From Octopus vulgaris (Eukaryota), in NCBI GenBank assembly GCA_951406725.2, contig OX597837.1, positions 22,258,001 through 22,322,000 of the forward strand: DNA of 64,000 nucleotides, written 5' to 3'. Below are positions 46,200 to 58,916 of this stretch, piece by piece; the first letter of the stretch is position 1; each line of letters starts with the position of its first letter. The translations under genes were made by a program, and so were the position numbers. The notes below the pieces were generated by a model. It ran no database searches and was not told the origin of the DNA. It saw only the letters and a program-made list of their open reading frames with translations.

Positions 46200-46282
46200 C
46201 TCTCGACACATGTTTCGAAGGCTGCATATTCCTAATTCCGAAGGAATAAAGGGTGCATTATGCCGCCATCTCATCAGGAAAG
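46200..46282 (-). ncRNA. Type I hammerhead ribozyme, intact core, GUC cleavage triplet
   Basis: Reverse complement: CTTTC-CTGATGA-GATGGCGGCATA...TATGCAGCCTTC-GAAAC-ATGT-GTC-GAGAG. Confidence 0.75.
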
Positions 46283-46324
46283 ACAAGGAACCATGAAGCA
46301 CCATGAAGAGCAAAACCTTCTTAA

Positions 46325-46360
<36 letters not shown>

Positions 46361-47625
46361 ACATATATATCTTTTTTTCTTTTTTTTTTTCGAAAAGTGG
46401 TTCTTGAAGAGGCACATCACATACAGCTATAAATAATAGCATGTAAATATTGGGCTGAGCAGATGCCCATGGCCAAGTGGTTAAGGTGTTGGGCTCATGA
46501 TCGTAAGATTTCAAGACTGGGCAACATGTGTCCTTGAACAAAACACTTAATTTCAAGTTGCTCCACCTCACTCAGCTGAATAATTTGGCAATCCATCCAG
46601 GTGGGGAATATATATGTCATGAAAACCAGGAAATCAACCCTAGGGGTCCGTCCATATGACTCAGGAGGGGGCTTTGTTCTTTCTTTTAAATATTGGAATG
46701 GAAAAAAACCTATTGGATAGAAAACATTGAAACCAACCTGTGAGACTCAAACCCACATAGAGACATGGCACACATTCTACCAGGGTATTAATTAACTACT
46801 AAGATTTCAATGTAAACAATATTGTTGACATCAGTTTAAAGATAGGAAGCAGCAAAAGGATGACTATTTGAAGATGACATGTATTTGGTTGAAAATCTTT
46901 TGTAGACAGTGTGAGAGGTACCTATGAAATCTGTGATGCCATGAATACTGTGTTAACCTCTAACAAATCACATCCTCCGAGACAAAGTTGTCAGTGGAAG
47001 GAAGTGGGGAGATATGAGTACAACAAATACATATGCCCCCATCCCCAACAACAACAACACGAATCAATCAGTTTATCTTAATTAAAACCACATTAAATAA
47101 AATAACACTGTGTAACAAGATTTCAATTTTTTTGTCTTTGGTCAGTAAGTGCTGTTTCCTATTTGCTTCTGTCTAGAAATCAAAGGAAATCACTACCATT
47201 CCCTTCAAACTTTGCTTTTCTGATTCGGACATGAATGTTTTGAAACTGACCTATTTTCAATTACATTTCAGACAGATTCAGCACTGACTCGCTGAAGCAG
47301 AAATATTGTTATAGCAAATATTCTGCTCAGTACCACAGATTTGCTTGTCACATGCTTGACCCTAACCACTTGAGTATGTCCCTCAGTGGCTGACAATATG
47401 TGCATCTCTGATCATGAGCAGGAATAATGGAGGGAAGCATCATAGCCATGTGCTGAGAGGGATTCTTTGGGGTTTGAATAAATGTCACAAAAGCAGAGTT
47501 TGAAGGAAATATTAACCATTTTTCATGCTTTCTAGCAGCAAGCAAATAGGAAATAAAAGTTGCTACCCAAGGGCAAAAATTGTGTTACACAGTGTAGTTA
47601 AAAACAAATGATGGAAAATACTAAC

Positions 47626-49405
47626 CTCCACTTGAACTGACAGAGCCAGACCTATGCGGACTGAAGTCTCTGTGGGCAGACTGACTTGAAGAATCTGAAG
47701 ATACTGCATGAGGCTGAGTGGTAATTGATGGCAGAGTAACAGCAGCGGTGGTGGTCGTGGGGAAAGGTTCACACTCATTCTTCAGGTTATCACTACTGGA
47801 CTGTTTTGATTCGCTGAAATGAGAATGTTTGTGGCTACTGTGATGAGATTTACCAGATGAATGCTTTTTCTTCTCCTTGCGTTTCTCTGAACTCGAGTGT
47901 GAATGTGAGTGTGAGTGTGAATGAGAGTGTGAATGTGAGTAAGCGGCGCCTGCAGAGGATGGAGAAACTTGAAAGTCACACTCCCGCGTCAAAGTCGAAT
48001 GTGAGTAAGCACCACCAGCAGAGGAAGGCGATACTTGGAAGTCACACTCACGCGTTGATGTCGAGTGTGAATAAGCACCACCCGTGGAGGAAGGAGACAC
48101 CTGAAAGTCACACTCCCGTGTCGACGTCTTCAAGATTGAAATCTTAGTTCCACCCATTGACTGGATCGATCTTTTGCAGCAGTAGCTCTTGGAACTCTTA
48201 CTAGATGTCCCTGAAGAATATTCAGAGAATGGGCTGTACCTCGATTCAGACGTGGAACTCGACTGAGGAGAATTCAGTTTTGTATACTCAGAGTTCTTTG
48301 AGCTGTTCTGTCTGTTGAGCACAGCAGAGCTGATCTTAAGCGTGCAAGGATTCTGATGAGTTTCATCACTGTTGGTGCTGGCAGACTCTGAACTGCTACG
48401 ACTGCTAGGACGGCTAACAGGAGAATGTCGATGGTGAGATTCAGACACAGGTGTGATAACGTACGTAGGTGGTCCGATCTTGTCTCCACTACTGTCCAAA
48501 CATTTGCTGGTTATGCGAAGTTTCAATGGAGATTTTGCATTAGTAAAGGCAACCTTATGTTCTGAGAAACTACTCTTGCTGGACATTACTTGACTACTGT
48601 GTTTCACGGCATCACTCACCACACCATTTCGGATGCGATTGGCACTGGAAACGGCTTTCTTCTCTTTCGACTCACTTGAGCTTTTATGGGAACTGCTACT
48701 ATGTTTGTCCTTGTAGTCAGGTGAATGATGAGAATTTGATTTGTAAGATGACTTTGAGACTGAAATAGTAACTGGCTCACGGTTCCCGTTTTGTTTATAT
48801 GAAGAATGTGACGATGACAAAGATGATGAAGAAGTTTCTCTGGAATCTTCTGAAGATTTATGATCATGTGACTGAGAGGACAAATTCTCTTGTCTTGTTC
48901 GAGTCTCCTCCGTTTTGCACACAACCGATTTTTTATTGCCGTTCTCAGGCTTGAACACTTGACTCTTCACAGTTTTCTCAATCGGTTCCTCATTGTCATC
49001 GTCGTCATCGTCTTCCTCCTCATCATCATCATCTTCCTCCTCCTCCTCTTCTTTCTCGCTCTTTTCCTCTTCCTTTGTTGTTTTAGAGCTTTTAGCAGAT
49101 TTGTCGAGTGGTTTGTTGCTGTTGTCCACAGCCATGGCGTTGACGGGATGAGATTTGACGTCCACTTTCTCTTGCTGCTCACGTTCTTCTTTGTGGTCGG
49201 CAGAGTCAACTGTCGGTGTTCCACTATGAGCAAGTGCTGAGTCTTGCAGCTGCAGTGAGACAATGTCCCCATGTCTCTTCTCCAACTCCTGAACCTCCAC
49301 TTCCAACTGGTCCACTCGGGTTAACAACTGTTTGTTGTGGTTGAGCAAAACAGACACTTCACTAACAAGTTGTTTTTCAGCATAAGGAAGAGTGGTGAAG
49401 CCGTT
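47626..49405 (-). CDS. Large internal exon (1780 bp) of an unidentified low-complexity nuclear protein with coiled coil (tentatively DOT1L-like)
   Basis: Polypyrimidine tract + cag|AAC at 49405; donor G|gttag at 47625. About 590 open codons: heptad segment LVSEVSVLLNHNKQLLTRVDQLEVEVQELEK, acidic tract, Ser-rich region, His-Ser repeats, NLS-like KRKEKKK. Confidence 0.88.
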
Positions 49406-51725
49406 CTGGAAGGAGAAGAAGGAGAAAAAAGAAAAGAAAAAAGCAATAAGCATGTTAGTATTCATGGAAATCAAGTTGTTCCAAAGTAATTTAGAAGAAT
49501 TTGGATAAATTATTAAATAAATAAATGCAAGAAAAGAGAAAAAGACAAGAATGGTGAGTGCAAAACAAAAAAGAATTTATCAAATTTTTTAGGGAAAAAG
49601 GTCTAAAAGGAAAGAAAAAAAAACCCCAAAAAAATCAGAAAATGGAGTTACAATATAGAAAATACAAAAATGGTTAATGTAAACTTTTATGAGGAAATAT
49701 AAGTGCAAAGCAAAAAAGATAAGGTTAACTCTTTTAACACCAGATCACTGGAAACCACCCCTCGTTCAATGATATAAGGTTCTCGTTTTATCCTTTAGCA
49801 TTTAAACCAACCATATCAAACCCAAATATTCTACCTGCTTTATGTTTAACCCTTTCGTAACCAACCCGGCTGAAACCGCCTCTGGCTCTGTAGTATAAAT
49901 GTCTTGTTTTCATAACTTTTGAATTAAAATCTTCCACCAAACCTTAGTCATAATTTGTGTTCCTAACACTAGCTTAATGATAACTCTTTTACTTGTTTCA
50001 GTCATTTGACTGCGGCCATGCTGGAGCACCGCCTTTAATCAAGCAACTCGACCCCGGGACTTATTCTTTTTTGTAAGCCCAGTACTTATTCTATCGGTCT
50101 ATTTTGCCGATCCGCTAAGTAACGGAGACATAAACATACCAGCATCGGTTGTCAAACAATGCTAGGGAGACAAACACAGACACACAAACACACACACGCA
50201 TACATATACATATATACGACGGGCTTCTTTCAGTTTCCGTCTACCAAATCCACTCACAAGGCTTTGGTCGGCCCGAGACTATAGTAGAAGACACTTGCCC
50301 AAGGTGCCACGCAGTGGGACTGAACCCGGAACCATGTGGTTGGTAAACAAGCTACTTACCACATAACTAAATTATTTTACTAAATTCTTTGTTATATCTA
50401 AAAATAATTCAGAGAAACACTGAGCAGCTCAAAATAAATACGGTAATGAAAGGGTTAAAGCAACCAGATCTGGCTTCTCACACCTGCCGTACAATGTCAT
50501 TCTAAAACTAAACAATCACATCATTAAAATCTTCAAGGTACAAGATAATGCATAATTAATTCAAAACATTGAGCATAAATAAGCATTACATTTATCAGAG
50601 TAATCTGAATGCCATACACCCAAATATTCTAAATGTTTTATGTTCAAACCAACAAGATCTGGCCTCACACACCTACCCTACAATGTCATTCTAAACATAA
50701 ACAATCACATCATAGAAATGCCAAAGCTACAAGTTCATGCATTCAAAACGATGGGAATAAATAAGCATTACATTTGAGTAATCTCAATGTTAAAAGGTTC
50801 ACGTAATCTAAATTAAAATCTTCCATCAAAATTTCATATTGGTTTATGCTCCAAACGCCAATGTGATAAGGACAAAGTTACTTTACGAAATTCTTCATTA
50901 TTTCAACAATAAATACAGTAGAGAAAGGGTTAAGGGGTGTGGTTAGTTCAAGACATACTGCTTCAGTTGTAGAGCTACTGTAACTGCCAATGAAAGAGTG
51001 TACAAACACAGACACACACACATATATATATTCACACACTGTAGTAACAAATTACTGATGGGTTAACAGTGTTTTCTTTTAATGCTACATACCAACTGTG
51101 TTTTACAGACAGCATGTTTATACATATTAAAGCTATCTCATAGACATAAACACTGTCTTTTATATACTATGACTCTATAGAAAGGCAAAGGAATCAGCCT
51201 GACTATTTTCAATCCTGTATTTGGGACTTAATTAGCAACAAAAACCTTCTGTAACTGACCACAGAAATACTGCTTCTCAATCCACTAATACTGAGGGATT
51301 GATTAAACTGGCTTGACCAATATCTATCTGTGTGTGTGTGTGTGTGTATTTGTGTGTGGAGGCACAATGGCCCAGTGGTTAGGGCAGTGGACTCGCGGTC
51401 GTTGTGAATGATAGGGTGTTGTGAATGTTTATTGCGCGAAAACACCGAAAGCTCCATAAGGCTCCAGCCGGGGTGGGGGTGGGGGGAGATTCCTGTTGTA
51501 CTCTTTCGCCACAACTTTCTGTCACCCTTTCTTCAGTTGGCTTGCTTGCTTAGCCAGTGGGATGGCATCATTTGAAGGCTAAAACAATGCGAAGCGCATT
51601 GAGACCAGCGATGTGTAGCAACATCTGATAGCCTGGTCGGTCACAGTGATATATATATATATATATATATGTCAGATAAGTATGTTTAATTTTTTGCAGT
51701 GCTCTCAAATTTAAAATCTTGAATT

Positions 51726-51809
51726 ACTGTACTGAAGAGGAGAATGGGAGAGTAGAAATATGATTTTTACATTTTTCACATCTCTCTAACTCTGAAACGC
51801 GTATGCAGT
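51726..51809 (+). ncRNA. Minimal type I hammerhead ribozyme, intact core, GUA cleavage triplet
   Basis: ACTGTA-CTGAAGA-GGAG...CTCT-GAAAC-GC-GTA-TGCAGT; palindromic ACGCGT at stem III. Confidence 0.75.
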
Positions 51810-52053
51810 TAATCAAAGCTGGGTGGATTCGCTATTTTCTTCTCTTTACCTGCATGAGTTGTTGAGTATTGATGTCTGGGAGACTTTCTTTTGGTAATGA
51901 AAAAATAGTAGTTTTAACTGCTATTTCTAAATTTCGGTATAATTATAATTATACTCATAATTATAGAATTTTTGTATAAGTTTACCAATAGTGGTTCTTT
52001 TAACATACCAAACTACTTAGTAAAATTATTAATTATTAATTAATTATACCCTT

Positions 52054-52094
<41 letters not shown>

Positions 52095-52635
52095 CATACA
52101 CACACACACATATATATATATATATACATACAAATACACACACATATATATATGTATCTATACATACATACATATACACATATATATATTTATATATACA
52201 TACATATACACACAATTGCAATTTCGGATGGTTATACTTGAGATTGCTCCAATCTGGCCAGCCCCAAGGAAAAACTAAGCTAAGAGCATTAGATTCCTTG
52301 GAAGAAAGCAGTGAATGTATACGAAAATAACGGAGAATGTTATACAAATACAAGTAACAGGACATAACAACAGGTGTCTTTCAACTAAGGATGAATTATA
52401 TGTATGTATGTATGTATATATATATATACACACACACATATATACATACACATACATAAATACATATACATGCATATATACATATACATACATATACATG
52501 CATATATACATATATATATATATACATAGATAAATACATATATATGCATATATACATACATATATATTTATACATACATATGTATGCATATATACATACA
52601 TATGTATGCATATATACATACATATGTATGCATAT

Positions 52636-52668
<33 letters not shown>

Positions 52669-53369
52669 CATACATATGTATGTATGCATACAAATATACA
52701 TACATATATATATATTTATACATACATATATATATATATATATACATATATTTACATACATACATATATATACATATATATTTACATATATACATACATA
52801 TATATATATATAGACACACACACACACATATATATATATACATACATACATATATATATATACATACATACATATATATATACATACATATCATCATCAT
52901 CATTGTTTAATGTCCGCTTTCCATGCTAGCATGGGTTGGACGATTTTGACTGAGGGCTGGCGAACCAGATGGCTGCACCAGGCTCCAATCTTGACCTGGC
53001 AGAATTTCTACAGCTGGATGCCCTTCCTAATGCCAAACACTCCGAGAGTGTAGTGGGTTTTTTTTACATGCCACTGGCACATATGTAAATGTATGAATGA
53101 AGTCTTAAAGGTTTAAACCTTTAAGACTTCATTCGGAGTGTTTGGCGTTATTAAACTTTTAATACTTTTGATATATATTTAAAATAATATAAATTAAATT
53201 AATTTTATGTATTGGCTTATGTTCTTCATTGTTTGATTTGCCTAATAGTGGTTTTATCTCTAATTTATATAATATAATATAATATAATATATTTATACAA
53301 TAAAATTGAATTTAATCCTAAATCTGATTTTTCCCTGTAAGTTTGGATTTATTCCTTAATATTTTATTA

Positions 53370-53420
<51 letters not shown>

Positions 53421-53477
53421 TTGTGTGTGTGTATATGTGTGTATATATGTGTATACATATGTACTCATATATATATG

Positions 53478-53794
53478 TCTACTACATTAGTGGGAGATTC
53501 TGTCTATTTGCGTATTTGTTTGTGGAGTTGTTAGCTAACTCCCCCTACACCGTTTTATTGATTTTGATGAAACTTGACATATGAGTAGAACTCATGTCTG
53601 ATATACTTAGATTGTTGAAAAAAATCAATTACAGGACCCTGGCAGGGATCCTTATATCCACTACATATAACTAATATAATTTATTTAAACACCCAAGGGA
53701 AATAACTCATAGAGCCTGAACTTAGAATTGTCAGTTTTTAGCAAAGCAATATTTCATTCTCAAGGCCTGCAGACATAAATCCGCATTTCACTAG
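53478..53794 (+). mobile_element. Possible non-autonomous Helitron
   Basis: 5' TC, weak subterminal hairpin, 3' CTAG|T. Confidence 0.45.
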
Positions 53795-53967
53795 TCAGTT
53801 TTGAATTGTTCAACCTTAATATTGCACTTTCTTGATTTGAATCTTAAACCTTAAAAACTTGGTTCATACATTTATATACATCTATACTTTTTTGTATATG
53901 TATGTATATATATATACATATATATATTTATATATATATATATATTTATTTATATATACATTTATAA

Positions 53968-55062
53968 CAGGTTATCCCATAAGTTCTATCCAAATTTTGA
54001 ATAAAGAAAACAAGTGATCAAATGATATATTTAATTGAAATTTAATCATCAATGTACTTTCCCTGATTATCTATGACTTCCTTCCATCTATTTACAAGCT
54101 TTTTAATCCCATCAATGTAAAATTCTTTTGGTTTCAAAGCGAAGAATTCTGAAATGTCAGTTTCGACCCCTTCCTGGCTTGCGAAAGTTATGTCCCCCAA
54201 ATGATTCTGTAAACTATGAAACAATTGGTTGTCTGAAGGAGCAAGGTTGGGAAAATAAGGTGGATGAGGAATTTTTTCCCAACCAAGCTCTTCGATCTTC
54301 TGCGATGGGATCTTTGCAGTGTGGGGTCACGCATTGTCCTGATGAAACATCACTCCTTTTCGATTTACTAAAGCGGGTCTTTTTTCTTCAAAGCTTGGTT
54401 CAAACACTCTAATTGCTGACAGCAGACTTACGCATTGATTGTTGCATTACGTGGTAATAATTCAAAGCGAATTACTCCTTTGCAATCCCACCAGATAGAG
54501 AGAAGAACCTTTTCCCATAAAGTTCCCTTCTCAGTTGCAGTTGAGCTTTTCCCCTTTTACAAAGCCACAGTTCATGACGCTTAATATTTCGACAGAAGAT
54601 CCATTTTTCATCACCAGTCACAAGTCTATCCAAAAAGGGTGAAATGAGTTTGCAAGATTGGAGAGAAGAGCAGATGTCAACTTGGAATTTGCGGTTACTT
54701 TCGGACAATTCATGAGCCACCCATTTTCCAAGTTTAGGAACCTTTACAAGTTGTTAAAGATGACGATGAACAGTTGTATGGTTTGAACTAAGCTTTATTG
54801 CCAATTCTTCAACTGATAATGTAGAATTTTCAAGTAATCCTTCAAGGAGCTTATCATCAAACTCAACTGGACATCCTGTTCAATCTTCATCTTCAAGGCT
54901 GAAATCTCCACTTCTAAATTTTGCAAACCATCTTCTGCAAGTTCTTTCATTCAAGTATTCTTTCCCATAAACTGAGAGTATGTTTTGAGTCACTTCAGCT
55001 GCAGAGTTTCCTTTTTTTATACTCATAAAACATTATGTGCCTCAAATGCTCTTTGGATACAA
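53968..55062 (-). mobile_element. Defective mariner (D,D34D) transposon, nearly full-length transposase pseudogene
   Basis: HLRHIMFYEY..GNSAAE..RRWFAKFRSGDFSLED, WVAHEL, LVTGDEKWI, HQDNA, PHPPYFPNLAPSD, FYIDGIKKLVNRWKEVIDNQGKYIDD*; stops and frameshifts; one TIR end near 53968. Confidence 0.9.
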
Positions 55063-56312
55063 TGTAGTGCTCCAGCATGGTTGCAGTCCAATGGCTGAAA
55101 CAAGTAAAACATAAAACACTAAAAAGAAAATAACTATTATGCTGCTGACACAGATTTTTCACTAGTTTCTTCAGAATATTTTCTTTTGTAGTTCAAAATG
55201 AAGAGTCAGAGCAAAAAAAAAAAGAAAAAGAAAAAAAAATGAAATCAGCAACAAATATTTCCATATTTCAATCCCAATGAACAAAACAAACAACTATGGA
55301 CTTTCCATAGTTTCAAGAATTTTGTTTTTTTCTTTTGTTTTTGTTTTTAAACTTAAAACACTGATTAAAGACACTTGACAAAAGGCAAGACTGGCTAAAG
55401 TAATATTTGACTGATGCCAACATTGACTAAAGCCAAAACTGATTAATGACAAAATTGAGTAAAAATAAGATGGACTAAAAGCCAACATCATTCCCACAAA
55501 GAATGGCCACCAAAGAATAAACATTTTTTAAATAAAAACTAAAACTTAAGCTTAAACAATCCTAAATATAAAGTAAGATTATAAATTGTGTGTGGATGAG
55601 AGAGAGAGAGAGAGAGAGAATGTATGTAGTTAAAGAGGAAAACAAATAGAATACAGTTTTTCAAGAAACTGAGTAACAACTGTATTTCTGACTTTTCACT
55701 ATTCTTTCAACATGCTGTGATATTCTGTGGAATAAATCTATAGATTTTAAGCTGGCCCTGCATAACTAGATGTTAATTATATCACTGTATCAAATTGTCT
55801 TAATATGTACAAGTTACACAGTTGCTACTACACATCCCGCTCTCCATTTGATAGAAGAACCAATTCAAAACAATACTCAAAGCCACTGGACTTGAGCCTA
55901 AATCATCTGAAACACAAGCCCAGGAGATAAAAGGAAGAAATCAAATGACAGGACAAAAAGGTTCAACAAAATCAACTGCATCCTTCACCAACATTACCAT
56001 GCAATCGAGACCAATGACTCTTCTGTGCAAGAATTGCTCGACTTAGTCATCAACACCATCACCATAAAGGAAGCAAAGAAGAAACTAAATTCTTGGATAA
56101 GAGATAAAGCTGCCACAAACTCTCACTTTATTTGTGTGTGTAGATCAGTTGCAGGATTTATTAGAATCTGGGTATATCACCATTTACAGTGCCACAATTG
56201 GCTGGGCATCTAGTATTGAGCTTACAGTACATATATATATATATGGGATGGGTCAAATGTCATGCACCAAAAGTGGCAATACACTAAGATAATGATGAAT
56301 ACACATGTACTT

Positions 56313-56522
56313 GAAGAAGAAGAAGAAGAAGAAGAAGAAGAAGAAGAAGAAGAAGAAGAAGAAGAAGAAGAAGAAGAAGAAGAAGAAGAAGAAGAAGAAG
56401 AAGAAGAAGAAGAAGAAGAAGAAGAAGAAGAAGAAGAAGAAGAAGAAGAAGAAGAAGAAGAAGAAGAAGAAGAAGAAGAAGAAGAAGAAGAAGAAGAAGA
56501 AGAAGAAGAAGAAGAAGAAGAA
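56313..56522 (+). repeat. (GAA)70 uninterrupted trinucleotide tract
   Basis: 210 bp of perfect GAA. Confidence 0.97.
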
Positions 56523-56876
56523 GACAAACCTCCACCAAGGCAACACCAATGTCCTCTCAATAATTATCCGAAGGTTCGAAGGTTTTTAAAATGAGAATAT
56601 CTGAAATAAGCTCAACTGCTCTCACAAATGAGAATACTAAAAATGAACCCGACCACTCTTAATACTTAAGTAAAAAAGCATGAAAAATAATCCAGAATCC
56701 TTGTTCGGTACCGGATCAATCTCAAAATCTTATCAGTTCGTACCAGTCACAAGGTCAAACATCCCTGAAAGTCTCATCCATATCCCTCCAGCAGTTCTTA
56801 AGATATCTTGTCCAGGGACAAACAAACAAACATGACTGTAAACAATACCTCTGCCTTCGCTAAGGTAGAAGTAATA
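56523..56876 (+). mobile_element. Helentron/HINE-like non-autonomous element
   Basis: 5' ACCTCCACCAAGGC, internal (ACAA)n, 3' hairpin ACCTCTGCCTT-CGCT-AAGGTAGAAGT. Confidence 0.5.
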
Positions 56877-57192
56877 ATAATAACAACATAATATAAACAA
56901 AATGTGAAATGTTTTGGTGCATGACTTTTGACCCAGCCTGTATATATAAAACGTACACATGGACTGATACATATACACACTGGTACCCAATCCAATATAC
57001 ACTGTAGATTCAACTATGCTGGGACACCTCCTTGAAGGGTTTAGATGAATAAATCAACCCCAGTATTTATTCTATCAATCACTTTCTGCCAAACTGCTAA
57101 GTTACAAACGATGTAAACAAAGCAACACAAATTGTTAATGGATAGTGGGGGGCAAACACAAACACAAACACACACACACACACATAACATAT

Positions 57193-57371
57193 ATTATTCA
57201 AAACAGTTTGATTCAGTTCTATACGACTTAAAGTTTCACAGGCCTCTGACGGAAGCTCATCTCTTTCAGGCTTTAGATTACTGATTTGGTAATTGAAAGA
57301 GACGGGCTCCTGTCAGAAGCATGTGAAACTTTAATTCTCATGGAGTTGAATCAAACTGTTTTAAATAATAA
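57193..57371. repeat. Diverged palindrome of about 180 bp with a hammerhead-like motif in each arm
   Basis: TATTATTCAAAACAGTTTGATTCA...TGAATCAAACTGTTTTAAATAATA. Confidence 0.7.
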
Positions 57372-57575
57372 TACATGTAACAACTACTAAATGTGTCGAG
57401 TGACTTTCTCTTTCATTTGTCCACTCACTCGTACACACACATATATATAAAACCAAACCCACTCACAAAGCTTTCATCAGCCTGGAGCCATAGTAGAAGA
57501 CACTTGCCCAAGATGCTGTGCAGTGGGACTGAACCCAAGATGACATGGTCAGGAAGTAAGCCTAACTCTCTCTCT

Positions 57576-57633
<58 letters not shown>

Positions 57634-57850
57634 AGTTTCACATTACCATTTTGGTGAGTCAGCCATTGATTTATATGGTGTGTGTGTGTACATTTATACT
57701 TATAGATATATGATTTATATATACTAGATATGGGTTTCTTGTTTTTATTTGATGAAATTATTTATGAAATATTAATCAGATGTCGAGACAGAATGAAGTA
57801 AAGTTGAAGGTAATATTTTTTGATTCATAAATTCAAGATCTTACTACATT

Positions 57851-57913
<63 letters not shown>

Positions 57914-58749
57914 ATCTCTGGGCAAAGTGCTGTACTTTACTAGACTTGACAAAAAAAATCTGAGCTCCACTTTTTACCTCACAGTTGAGTGGTTAGCAGT
58001 ACAAATGGCATTTTAATCCTTTAGTACTCAGATTACTTTGTCGAATATAATGTTTATTTATTCACATCATTTTGAACTAATCATGCATTCTCTTTTAGCT
58101 TCATGGTTTCAATGATGAGATTATATATATTTTGGAATAACAATGTAGGGTAGGTGTGAGAGGCCTGACCTGTTCAGTTTGAACATAAAACAGGTAGAAT
58201 ATTTGGGCTAAATATGACCAGTTTAAATGCTAAAGGGTCAAAGGAAAATAAAAATCAGTGCATGTCCTCCATAGAGTGCGCAAACACATATCATTGAGAC
58301 ATTGTTTTACAGCCAGATGTTCTGCCTGTCACTAACCCTTAACTGTTTTCAAATAAAGGGACTTTCCCCCCCCCCCCCCTTATTCCACTGCCTTCAAACC
58401 CACAGAACTAAGGATGATTTTTGTTGACATCATTTTCAGCTTGATGATTTCATGTGAAGCACTGAACACAATCATTTCTCCAGACACACACATACAAAAC
58501 ATGCTTCCATAAAGCTTCTCTTTACTGATTCCACTCATGAGACATTGGTAGCCTGAGGCTACAGAACAAGACATTGCTCTAAGTACCAAATTATGAGATA
58601 GAAATTGATACTGCATGGTAACAAAATGAACTCTTCAACACAGTTTCCGTCTACCAGAAGGCTGTTATTCTGGAGAGGAAGGACTACATATAGCAGCTTT
58701 ATACACACACAGGTATATATTTAACTCAAAATTTGAATTTTGTTTATAT

Positions 58750-58813
<64 letters not shown>

Positions 58814-58916
58814 TATCAAATGTGAGGATAAAATTCTTTTCGAAAAAAAAATATTTTCTCAAAAAAATTTTATCGATGGCCAGCATATTAAAAAATACCT
58901 TTAACGGTTTTAAATT

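Noticed and set aside
56222-56594. Poly-E/K/S/F/L ORFs
   Set aside because: All are frames of the (GAA)70 tract.
57745-57780. TTGATGA...GAAA hammerhead-like string
   Set aside because: No credible stem I or stem II; expected by chance in AT-rich DNA.
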